A DNA stretch of 64,000 nt from an uncultured virus (IMG/VR IMGVR_UViG_3300031857_023291) (Duplodnaviria > Heunggongvirae > Uroviricota > Caudoviricetes). The stretch's first letter is position 1; each line of letters starts with the position of its first letter. The position numbers and the translations under genes were made by a program. Under the pieces are notes generated by a model. That model saw only the letters and a program-made list of their open reading frames with translations, ran no database searches and was not told the origin of the DNA. Shown in pieces: positions 46,713-56,300 of this stretch. Location of the stretch: the IMG/VR virus record IMGVR_UViG_3300031857_023291; one strand, written 5' to 3'.

Positions 46713-47153
46713 TTATATTATTTGATATACTTTGAATCTATTCGTATCGAAATAGAAAAGTTTATTTTTTTTATTTATTAATATTTTATCTTTCCCAGAT
46801 TGTATTATTAATTTATTAATATTTAAGTTTACTTTATTAATGTGCTCTAATTGATTAAGTATTTTATCATTAGCATAAATTATATCATATTCATTAAATA
46901 TTAAATTTTTTAGTTCGTTTTTTTTAAATAATCTCTGAAAAAAGTTTTTAGGAGCTTTGAGAGTTGTTGAAGATAGATTCAAAATTTTATCAAGTATATC
47001 TGAATCTAAATCATTATAAGGTTTAAGAATAAAGGTTTCAGTTCTTGATGTTCTTACTATTTCACCATCTTTCTTATAGACTTCTTCAATATCATATGAA
47101 AATTCATGCTGTTCTATTTCAACAACTTCTGAAAAAAATAAATCTAAATTCAT
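46713..47153 (-). CDS. Hypothetical protein
   Basis: ORF track. Confidence 0.65.
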   Translation of the reverse strand: MNLDLFFSEVVEIEQHEFSYDIEEVYKKDGEIVRTSRTETFILKPYNDLDSDILDKILNLSSTTLKAPKNFFQRLFKKNELKNLIFNEYDIIYANDKILNQLEHINKVNLNINKLIIQSGKDKILINKKNKLFYFDTNRFKVYQII

Positions 47154-47161
47154 ATAATATT

Positions 47162-47716
47162 TTATAAACAGGATTCAATTTGTTTAATTCTCTCTTTATA
47201 AATATTTAGTAATCTAAATTTTGTTGACTCTGATACTTTACTATCTGTTATTATTTGACTATACTCTTTTAAAGTGTCAATATTTTTGAACTTTTTTATA
47301 GTTGACTCTACAAACAAAATTAACGTATTATCATCATTTGAATATTTTTCTAAAAGTTTTGAAACTCTATTTATATTCTTTAAAGATGGTCTTTTTTTGT
47401 TGATTTTTTCTATTTCTAAATCAATAGCTTCCCAATCTCTAACATTATTTTTAAGACCTTCTAGTAACTTTGTTTTATCTTTAGAATCTCTTTCAGTTAG
47501 TAATGTTATGATTGCCTCTGCTAAAATTTCTTTACCAGCTATATCAATAGAACCATTCATAAAATTTTTATGTATTGCTCCAGTTGCTTTAATTTTCAAA
47601 AATGAATCCATCAATGATAACATTTCTAATTTCAGATTTTCAGATTCATCAACTTTTAATTCTGATTTTGGCTCTTCGTTTATTTTAATACCTGTGACTT
47701 TACTAAATTTTTTCAT
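47162..47716 (-). CDS. Hypothetical helical protein
   Basis: ORF track; TAATATATA upstream on minus strand. Confidence 0.7.
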   Translation of the reverse strand: MKKFSKVTGIKINEEPKSELKVDESENLKLEMLSLMDSFLKIKATGAIHKNFMNGSIDIAGKEILAEAIITLLTERDSKDKTKLLEGLKNNVRDWEAIDLEIEKINKKRPSLKNINRVSKLLEKYSNDDNTLILFVESTIKKFKNIDTLKEYSQIITDSKVSESTKFRLLNIYKERIKQIESCL

Positions 47717-47793
47717 AAATCTAACATATTTTTAATTGTATTATTATATATTAAAAAAGACAAACTTATTTTTATTTATCTAATATATAAATA

Positions 47794-48243
47794 ATGAGAA
47801 AATATTTTTTAACAATGTGTACGTTATTTGTACACACATTCACAAATAACTCAAAGTTATTTTCTTCTTTAGAAATTATCGAAAATACAAAAGAGGACAA
47901 CCCAAAATATGTGGTCAAAAATGAAAAAAATGAAGATTCTACAAAAATTTATTTTAAAAAAGGTGGAATACATTCAGCAACTTGGTATAATCCACACGGT
48001 GCTAAAACAGCATCAGGTGAGAGTTTTCATAAAGATTCATTGACAGCCGCTTATAATTTTTCGAAAATGAGTTCTTATCTTAGAGTGACCAACATATTAA
48101 CAAATGAATCGGTCATTGTTAGAGTAACAGATAGAATGGGTTATAAAGGTCAAAATCATATTGATTTGAGTAAATGTGCTTTTGATTCAATAGGTAATCC
48201 AAGAAGCGGTCGTATAAAAGTTATCGTTGAAGAGATTAAATAA
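47794..48243 (+). CDS. rlpA: RlpA-like double-psi beta-barrel lytic transglycosylase
   Basis: ATWY..HG.KTASGE, TAA, RVTN, SVIVRV.DR, IDLSK.AF..IG. Confidence 0.88.
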   Translation: MRKYFLTMCTLFVHTFTNNSKLFSSLEIIENTKEDNPKYVVKNEKNEDSTKIYFKKGGIHSATWYNPHGAKTASGESFHKDSLTAAYNFSKMSSYLRVTNILTNESVIVRVTDRMGYKGQNHIDLSKCAFDSIGNPRSGRIKVIVEEIK

Positions 48244-48966
48244 TCAGAAATTTTGTTTTTTCCAATCAGAGAAGCCATCAGGAGCCGTACCATTACATAT
48301 GTATGATGTGAGTCCACATACCAGAGCGCCTGAGAAAAAGTCTTTGATTGACAACATATTCGAGTTATCAGATAAAAGAGATTGATATATACAAAATGAT
48401 ATAATACATTCTAATTCATCTTTAGAACCTGACACGGAAGGAATATTATAAATTGTCTCAGTAAATAAAGTCGCAAAGTCTTTTGAGAAATCAACTATCA
48501 ATTGCTTTTTGGTAGATGGATTATAATTTGAAGAAGCCTTAAAAGCTAATTTTTCTTCTAACGATAAAGCTTTAGACGTTGTAATTACCTCACCAATTGC
48601 AATTGTTAATACACCACCTATTACTAAGTTACAACTTTGTTCAGATGAAAAGTCTTTGGTCTCTTCCCATCCATTATTCACAATTTCTTTTATATCATCT
48701 CCTAAACCTGCATGAATTTGATTTGCACCTGATACAAATGAATCACTAATATCAACTCCAACTTGTTTACCCTTTTCGTATATTTCTTTTGCCTGATCGG
48801 AATCCGTCCAGTCATATATTTTGATGTACGCAGGTTTTACTACAATATCAACTATTGGTTGAACTACGGTGTCATAAACAGGTATAACAACGTTATCGTA
48901 AACTGGTTTTGCAACATTATTAACTATTGTGTTACCAGCGTCTTTTATCCAATCAATCCAACTCAT
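48244..48966 (-). CDS. Hypothetical protein
   Basis: ORF track; V..PVYD repeats at N-terminus. Confidence 0.7.
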   Translation of the reverse strand: MSWIDWIKDAGNTIVNNVAKPVYDNVVIPVYDTVVQPIVDIVVKPAYIKIYDWTDSDQAKEIYEKGKQVGVDISDSFVSGANQIHAGLGDDIKEIVNNGWEETKDFSSEQSCNLVIGGVLTIAIGEVITTSKALSLEEKLAFKASSNYNPSTKKQLIVDFSKDFATLFTETIYNIPSVSGSKDELECIISFCIYQSLLSDNSNMLSIKDFFSGALVCGLTSYICNGTAPDGFSDWKKQNF

Positions 48967-48980
48967 AAACTATATATTAT

Positions 48981-49008
48981 AAAAAAAGACCGATTTAATC
49001 GGTCTTTT
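48981..49008 (-). terminator. Intrinsic terminator
   Basis: AAAAGACCGAT-TTA-ATCGGTCTTTT. Confidence 0.8.
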
Positions 49009-49010
49009 GT

Positions 49011-49226
49011 TTAGATTTTACTTTTGTAATCTTGAACATCGGCTCTTATCTCTTGAGAAATCTTTTTGAGTTCTTGCATCATTTTTCTGATACGTGTTCC
49101 GGCTGTCTTATTTGATCTAATAAAGAATTTTTCAAAATCTTCTTTTAGGTCATATTTCTTACCATCGATTTCGACTCCTTCAGTTACTAACTTTACTAAA
49201 GCATCATATTTGTCTAGATAATCCAT
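49011..49226 (-). CDS. Histone H1-like (Hc1-type) small DNA-binding protein
   Basis: KF...NKTAGTRIRK.MQELKK...EIR. Confidence 0.75.
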   Translation of the reverse strand: MDYLDKYDALVKLVTEGVEIDGKKYDLKEDFEKFFIRSNKTAGTRIRKMMQELKKISQEIRADVQDYKSKI

Positions 49227-49271
49227 AATTTTTATTATATTTTTTTATTATATATTAAAAATCTTCTCTTT

Positions 49272-50111
49272 TTAGTAATTTTTGATGATTATCTCTATAG
49301 TTTCTTTATCTCCTTTTCTCGAAACCTTGTTATAGTCAAAGTTTAATGTGATTTTACAAAAACCATCTTTAATTAATTTATCCAATATCCAACAAGTCAA
49401 TCCGTTGTGATAAAGAACACCCGACACCATAAATGATGAACCAACTTCATTTATTTTATGGATGAATTGATAAAGTTTTTTATCATCATCTTCTTTCCAA
49501 AAAGCATTGTAACCCGCCTCTGAAATTTGTTTTTTTCCTATTGAACCATCTTCATTTTTTATTCTACCATAAGGTGGGTCAATATAATACATTGTATCTT
49601 TTTGAATTTCCAATTCATGAAAAGATTTAGATGAGAAATTAATTTTGTTTGAATACTTTCTGATATGATTCTTGAATACTTCAACTTTTTTTTCTGTGTT
49701 AGCGTTCCAACTTCTTTTACCAAAAGTCTGATTAAACTTAAATTTTTGATTAAATCTCATCATATTTGATGTGCAAGATAACATAAGTGCCCAAAGCTTA
49801 TCCGCACTTGGTTCATTATTATAATTATCTCTTAGGTTAGTATAAGCAGTCTCATCTGTTTTTTCAGGACAAATTATTTTTGTTGAATCTATTATCTCAT
49901 CGTTAAGTAATATACCTTGATGTATACCGATTAAATCCGAAATTATGTCATTTACTAATACTTGGTCATACTTATCAAGTGTGTTGGTATAAATAGAACC
50001 ACCACCACAAAAAACATCTATAAATTTTCTCTTTGAATAATCTAGTTCTGGTAAAATTTGAGGTAATAATTTAAATTTGCTACCAGTGAAATTAAAAGGC
50101 GTTTCAATCAT
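49272..50111 (-). CDS. dam: Dam-family (D12) DNA adenine methyltransferase
   Basis: PF..TGSKFKL, DVFCGGGS, RFN...FN..FG, DPPY. Confidence 0.92.
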   Translation of the reverse strand: MIETPFNFTGSKFKLLPQILPELDYSKRKFIDVFCGGGSIYTNTLDKYDQVLVNDIISDLIGIHQGILLNDEIIDSTKIICPEKTDETAYTNLRDNYNNEPSADKLWALMLSCTSNMMRFNQKFKFNQTFGKRSWNANTEKKVEVFKNHIRKYSNKINFSSKSFHELEIQKDTMYYIDPPYGRIKNEDGSIGKKQISEAGYNAFWKEDDDKKLYQFIHKINEVGSSFMVSGVLYHNGLTCWILDKLIKDGFCKITLNFDYNKVSRKGDKETIEIIIKNY

Positions 50112-50356
50112 TTTAATATTTTTGATAATTGTATCTCTCTGAATTCGTCTGTAGTGACAAAATACTTTTCGAAATTATGAGAAAGGACACCATATTTGAA
50201 ATTATCAAATAGAATCGCATTGTGAGTACCATAAATATCACCATCTGGTAATGCGGTGATATCACTTATATGATATTCATTACCATAAGTAAAGTTTTTC
50301 AAATGCTCATCTTCAATTTCTAAGCCTATGAAAATAACATTGTCTCCTACTTTCAT
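50108..50356 (-). CDS. Small beta-rich hypothetical protein, C-terminal tag (FREIQLSKIL)
   Basis: KVGD.V, FTYGNEY, KYFVT.DEFRE. Confidence 0.75.
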   Translation of the reverse strand: MKVGDNVIFIGLEIEDEHLKNFTYGNEYHISDITALPDGDIYGTHNAILFDNFKYGVLSHNFEKYFVTTDEFREIQLSKILK

Positions 50357-51477
50357 TATTCTACGTTAAAATGTTTCTTAAGTATTTCAAATGATAGGTC
50401 TCTTTGTTTGTTTATATATTTTGAGCTACCACTAGCTTTGATTATTCCGAGATTATTCATAACTTTCATGAAATCTGTAACATCTTTATTTAAAACAATC
50501 ATTTCATTTACTTTACACATATCAATAATTGCTTTATTGGAAGGTAGTTTTTGATTCATTTTGGTGTCTTCCGGATATAAAACTTGGAGTATTTGTTCAT
50601 AAAGTAAATATTTTTGGTAGTTAGGGTCTTTTTCCAATTTGTCTCTGAATTCTCTATAAGATCTGAATTTGTAATACTCGTTAAAGTAAACACCAGCTAA
50701 TATGACTAGCTCAATTATTGTTGATATTATAACAAATAAGACAGTATTTTTTGAATTATCTTTTTTCTTTTCATCTGTTTTAGAGCCTAATTCATTTTCT
50801 TTAATTTTTATTTTATTTTGTGTTTCTTCTGTCAGAATTTTTTTATCTGTTTCTATTTTTTCAATATCAGTTCTTAAAGTAGATCTTTCGTTTTTGAGGT
50901 CAGCAACTCTTTGTCTTTGTTGACGATTCAATGGTTGTTGAGATTCGATGTCTGTCTGTTCTTTATCTTTTATATCTAATTTTGATTTAAGTGTAGAAAT
51001 CTCTGTATCTTTTATTTTAATTATACTATCATTAATTCTATTTAAAGAATCTGAGTATTGTTGAATTACCAATTCTTTATTTTCATCAAATTCTTTTTCT
51101 TTTGATGCAAATTCTCCAGCACCTGAGATAGAAGAATAAAAAGAAATACCAATAATCAAAAAACTAAGCAAGAATAATGGCAATACCTTCTGAATAGATT
51201 TAAGCTTAAGATATTGAATTGAAAATTTATCAAATATATCTCTTTTGAGTAACTCAACACCTGAAAGAATAATTATTGATGAGATAAAAACCGCAACAGG
51301 GTTGTCTGTCATTGCACCTGCTAAAACTTTAGATAACATAAAGTAAGCTAAGAACACAGAAGCAAAATGACCAAACCAAGAAAGCGCAAGTAAAACTAAG
51401 TTGATAGTTTTATAACCTTCATTGAAATTTTGATTGTTAATTCTTTTTTCTAATTGTTTAAATTCTTCAATTTTCAT
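50356..51477 (-). CDS. Membrane protein with long coiled coil
   Basis: Three N-terminal TM, coiled coil, fourth TM. Confidence 0.75.
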   Translation of the reverse strand: MKIEEFKQLEKRINNQNFNEGYKTINLVLLALSWFGHFASVFLAYFMLSKVLAGAMTDNPVAVFISSIIILSGVELLKRDIFDKFSIQYLKLKSIQKVLPLFLLSFLIIGISFYSSISGAGEFASKEKEFDENKELVIQQYSDSLNRINDSIIKIKDTEISTLKSKLDIKDKEQTDIESQQPLNRQQRQRVADLKNERSTLRTDIEKIETDKKILTEETQNKIKIKENELGSKTDEKKKDNSKNTVLFVIISTIIELVILAGVYFNEYYKFRSYREFRDKLEKDPNYQKYLLYEQILQVLYPEDTKMNQKLPSNKAIIDMCKVNEMIVLNKDVTDFMKVMNNLGIIKASGSSKYINKQRDLSFEILKKHFNVE

Positions 51478-51796
51478 TATTTAAATTAATTTTTCCTGAT
51501 ATTCTTTCTTTCAAAGTTAGTTTTCTATTTTTAATCGAATCAACTTCATCTCTCATTAGTTGAATTTGTGCCAAAAGTTTGTTTATTTCTTCAGTTTTTA
51601 TAGAAATTTTTTCTTCGTATAAAGATGAAATTGATTCATTATTATTACTAGACATTTCATATTTACCATGAATTAATCTATAAAAATATCTAAATTTTAC
51701 TAACAAATATTTAAGCTCATCAGGGCTAAAATCAGTTTCAAACTCCGATGTCATTAAAAATTCCAATATTTCTTCATCATTTAGTTCAGATATCAT
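51467..51796 (-). CDS. Coiled-coil hypothetical protein
   Basis: ORF track. Confidence 0.7.
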   Translation of the reverse strand: MISELNDEEILEFLMTSEFETDFSPDELKYLLVKFRYFYRLIHGKYEMSSNNNESISSLYEEKISIKTEEINKLLAQIQLMRDEVDSIKNRKLTLKERISGKINLNNEN

Positions 51797-51808
51797 ATCA
51801 ATTATATA

Positions 51809-52885
51809 TTAAAATCCAATTTTTTTATTATTCTGTAATGTATTCTTTTTGATTATATCTACTAATTTTGTTTTGTTTTTATATTTAGCCTTTTCTCCTA
51901 AGTGTATAGATAATTCGTTTGCTTCATCACTATTTAAAAATTCAAAATCAATTATATCAATTAAATTATTACACTCAATAAGATTTCTATCTATTTCGTT
52001 CTCATCTTCAACATTAAAGATTGCAATAAAGGTAACGTCTATGGTTTCACTTAAAAATCCATCTGATAGTTGCAACAAATTGTTTACTACCATATTCGAT
52101 TTAGTCAGATAATCATTGAAAATCATCTCACAGTCATCTATAACAATTATAGGCTTTGAATATCTTTTTAAGAACTTTCTGAAGTCTGGATTGTTTATAG
52201 TGTGTTCAATCATATTATTTGGTATAAAAATAACAATTCTATCTAATTTATTGGCAATTTGACTGATTGCTGATGTTTTACCAGTTCCTCTTTCTCCATA
52301 AATAATTGAAATTCCCTTATCGTTTTTTTTAACTTTTTTTATTAATTTATTTAATTTTTTTATAGTTGAGGCAGAATAATACATCTCGAATGTTTCTAAA
52401 TCTACACTTGGATCTACCGATTCTAAGTCTAAACCTGAAGAACTACTGAAGTTTATAGTGTTCAAATTATTAACCTCTTCATCAAAAAATTCTATGTAAC
52501 ACTGGTCTAATTTTTTTATTAAATCAATTATAAGTTTTTCATCTTCCTGTTCTTTGTAAAAAAAAGTTATGTCACTTATTGTAGATGTCTCATAATTTCT
52601 ATCAACCACAACATAAGATATAAAACATATGACTTCATTTATACAAAGAGTCATTATGATTTTATCATTAACTATATTCTCTTCATCAGATGGTATTATC
52701 TCAGAAAATTTGTTTATTTCTTTTTGATATTCTTTTAATATCTCTTCAAACTGATTTGATACATAAGTTTTATGTAATGTTATTTTATTCGGTCTGCTTT
52801 TAAAGTAGTCCCAAACATAAAGAAAATCGTTTATGTTTGAATCATCTTTGTTAATATTGAGGCTTAAATTACTTTTAACAGCCAT
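51809..52885 (-). CDS. AAA+ ATPase-like protein
   Basis: GERGTGKT, IIVIDDCE, LLQLSDGFL. Confidence 0.85.
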   Translation of the reverse strand: MAVKSNLSLNINKDDSNINDFLYVWDYFKSRPNKITLHKTYVSNQFEEILKEYQKEINKFSEIIPSDEENIVNDKIIMTLCINEVICFISYVVVDRNYETSTISDITFFYKEQEDEKLIIDLIKKLDQCYIEFFDEEVNNLNTINFSSSSGLDLESVDPSVDLETFEMYYSASTIKKLNKLIKKVKKNDKGISIIYGERGTGKTSAISQIANKLDRIVIFIPNNMIEHTINNPDFRKFLKRYSKPIIVIDDCEMIFNDYLTKSNMVVNNLLQLSDGFLSETIDVTFIAIFNVEDENEIDRNLIECNNLIDIIDFEFLNSDEANELSIHLGEKAKYKNKTKLVDIIKKNTLQNNKKIGF

Positions 52886-53099
52886 AATTTTTATTTTTAT
52901 TTTTTATATATACGTTAATAAAAATTGTTTCGTATATGAAATCTGAGGTAGAATCGATTTTATTAGCAAATTTGTATTTAGTCAAATGTAAATTTGATTG
53001 TAAAAAAAATGGCGAATCTGTTAATATCGCTAGAAACTTTCTAACCCAGAAAATCAAAAAGGTTTTACTTCAAAGAAATAAAACCTTAGATAAACAAGA

Positions 53100-53357
53100 T
53101 TAGACTGAAGGACCATCAATCACAGGACCATCAATCACCGGACCATCAATTACAGGACCATCAATCACCGGACCATTAATCACAGGACCATTAATTAATG
53201 GATTATTATCAAACAATCCCTTCTCCTGTTCTTGCTTGATTAGATTCATTATGAACTCACGTTGAAATTTATCATTTCTTGCCTTTTGCTCTTTTAATCT
53301 TTGATTTCTAGCGGCTACTTTTTGTTTATGATTCTTTCTGTTTTTTGATTTAGGCAT
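53100..53357 (-). CDS. Basic protein with C-terminal (GPVID/N) repeats
   Basis: MPKSKNRKNHKQK... Confidence 0.7.
   Translation of the reverse strand: MPKSKNRKNHKQKVAARNQRLKEQKARNDKFQREFIMNLIKQEQEKGLFDNNPLINGPVINGPVIDGPVIDGPVIDGPVIDGPSV
53110..53199. repeat. Six tandem 15-bp units (GGACCATYAATYAMN)
   Basis: Seen directly; in-frame coding repeat. Confidence 0.9.
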
Positions 53358-53391
53358 AATTACTAATTTTTAATTTTATATCTAAAATATT

Positions 53392-56300
53392 TTAAAAGTT
53401 GAAGTCATAGTTAAATTTCTCATTATTATCAATGAATGACTGAAGATCGTCTTGATTCAAAAACTTTTTAGTTTCACCATTTTCCAAAACAACTTCATAA
53501 TAGAAGCCATCTAATGATTCAGATTGAGTAGCTCCTGTATTATCTTTGATTTTTGCTGCCTCTTCAGGAGTTTTCTGGTCACATAATTTTACATGTGGTG
53601 GTGGTATTATTGCTTCAATACCTAATGTGGCCCAAACAAAATCGATTATCCCATTTATTATCTTTTCTATTAAACACAAAAAACCTCCGCCGCCTGGAGC
53701 AGAAAGAAGTGGACCAGGTAATTTTAAATTTTGTCTATATTGCATAGCTGAGTATGTTGGTAACTTTACATGAAAACCAACATTTAAAAATTCACTTAAA
53801 TCGGCCAATTTTTTATCATCTCCTGATAGATAGTCACCCATTTTTATAGACTTTTTATCAAAACCTTTTAATTTTATATCTTCTGGTAAATTTAAACTCT
53901 TTGGTAAATCAGGTATTTTAAATTTTGTCAAATTTAATTTACTTGCATCAGTTGGTAAACTACCAATACTAGGCACACTCGGCTTGCCAACATTTTGAAT
54001 ATCAGACATTGATGGTAAATTACCAGTCACGCTTTTAACATCAACTGATGGCACTTGACCTAATCCACTTTTTACATCGGAAGCAGATGGAACTTTACCC
54101 GTTCCGGTTTTTAAATCAGAAGGAACTTTTGAATTATTTGCTAAATCGGTAGCATTTTTTTTCAAATCATTTAATTTGTTATCACCATTACCTGGTTCGA
54201 ATTTTGGAATTTCAGTATTTGGTATATCAAATTTTCCAATTTCAGGTATTTCAGGTGTTTTTAAATTTGGTATTTCAGGTATAGGTACACCAGGTATGTT
54301 TGCTTGTACTGCCCACTCTACTTTTTTCTCTGGTTTAAATCTGATACCAGCAATTTCAAGTAATCCTTTAGGTGTGAAGAATTGCATAACCCATTTAAAA
54401 GAAACAAGTTCAATAATTTTTGTTGGTAAAGTAAGTGGATTTATAAGACTTTTGAAAAAATTAAAAATCCATTCTAAAATACCAGCTATAATTTTTACGG
54501 GTAATGTCACAATTCCCAAAATGAATTTCAACAACGGTTGTTCACCTGCTTGTAATTCCTCTAATTTACCTTTTAATAAATTTTCTTTATCTAACAATGA
54601 ATCATCAAGTGGATTTTCTTTTTTTGCCTTATCGAGTAAATCTTTAGCTCTTCTCAAATCTTCAGGCGTACCTTTTTGAATATACTCATCTATTTTCTGA
54701 TAAGTTTTACCGATATTTTCATCAAGATAAACAAAATTATATCTACTCTTATTATCCAATGTAAATTGATTAAATGAACCAGATTCAACAGTCCTTTCAG
54801 AACCATCCTCGAATCTTACTTGAAAATCACCTGTATCATTTGGATTAACTGGTTTAGAAGATTTGAGAGATGGGGGTTTCTTATCGATTTTTTTTAGGTT
54901 TAGTTCTTTCTGAAGATTTTTCATGTTTTTTAAATTTAAATCTTTTTCAAAAATTAACTTCAGTGGAACTTTTTTATCCAATAAACCACCTAAATTCATT
55001 TCCATTCCGAATGGTAAATTTAATCCGAAGACACCGAAAGGAACCAAAGAGGCTCCATCTAATATTGATACAGCTTTTCCATCATCTTTAACAAAGACAT
55101 AATTAGAAAGTGGTGAAGATTTATAAAACTTTTTCATATCTCTAACTTTCTTCTTTTTCTCATTGACATCTTTTTCCTCATCTAATTCAGCTTTTAATTT
55201 TGCACCGGTTTTAAATGTATCCAATGACTCTTTAGATAAAAATGATACACTGCCTTGAAGCTTTTCAGTTATGATATCGGTGATGAACCCCATTGGATTT
55301 TTAAATAAAGAAATTAATTTAATTATCTGTGGTAATAATTTTGCAAAAACATTTGCCAACATACTAAGAAAGACTTTTACAGCACCTATAGCATCTGGTA
55401 ATCTATAATAGTTATTTTCCTGACCAGCTGAAGCCGCAACATCTGGTACATTTATTTCAGTTTCCGGCGGTGGATTTCTTAGCGTACCCTCAACTATAAA
55501 ATAAGATTCAGTATCTAAGTCGGTAAGTCGATATCTGGAGATAGTTAGCAGTTCTTGTGGTTCCTCTTCAGAGCCGTGCCCATATTTACTCAACAATCCG
55601 TCTTTTCCATAGCCATATAGTTCTTTATTTGTAAGTTGTTGATTTGTTATTTTAGATGGATCAATTATTTTACCTTGGGGATCATTATCATTAACTTTTA
55701 TTTTATATAGAGTAAAGTCTTGATCACTATATGAAATGTCGTTGTCTTTTAATTCATTAGTTGTTTCTGTATTATAATCAATTACAAAATCTCTTACAAC
55801 TCCGAAGGTTGGTAAAACGATGTTTGATGATACTTCTCTGTCTATTTTTTCAACAACACCACTTGGTAACTTAGGCGACGGTCCAGTAAATCTTCGATTT
55901 TTTTCATAATACCATTTTGTTATTTTACCGTTACCATCAACTTCTACAAGTCTTCTGTATTTTTTGTCCCAAACACCATCACCTGTGGCCTCATTTGTCC
56001 AGAGAATAACATCACCTTTTGGAAAATCTGAATACTCTCTATATGGAAATATCTTGTCCAAATTTATAGTATAACTTAATTCAGATATAGTAAATGTATA
56101 TTCCAGTATTTCACCAGCAATATATTGTATCCATAGCGCAAGTAGTAAATTAGGCGCAACCCAACCGATAAAAGTTTGTATTACAATATCCTCTAAGTCA
56201 AATTTGAATTTAAATTTTCTATAATAGTAATCATCACCTACCTTTTTTAATTCATAAAATAAATTTTTATCATCTGGTGCGTTTTTTGCTTTATAAGTAT

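Noticed and set aside
53110..53199. CRISPR array
   Set aside because: Contiguous 15-bp in-frame units without spacers; no cas genes seen.
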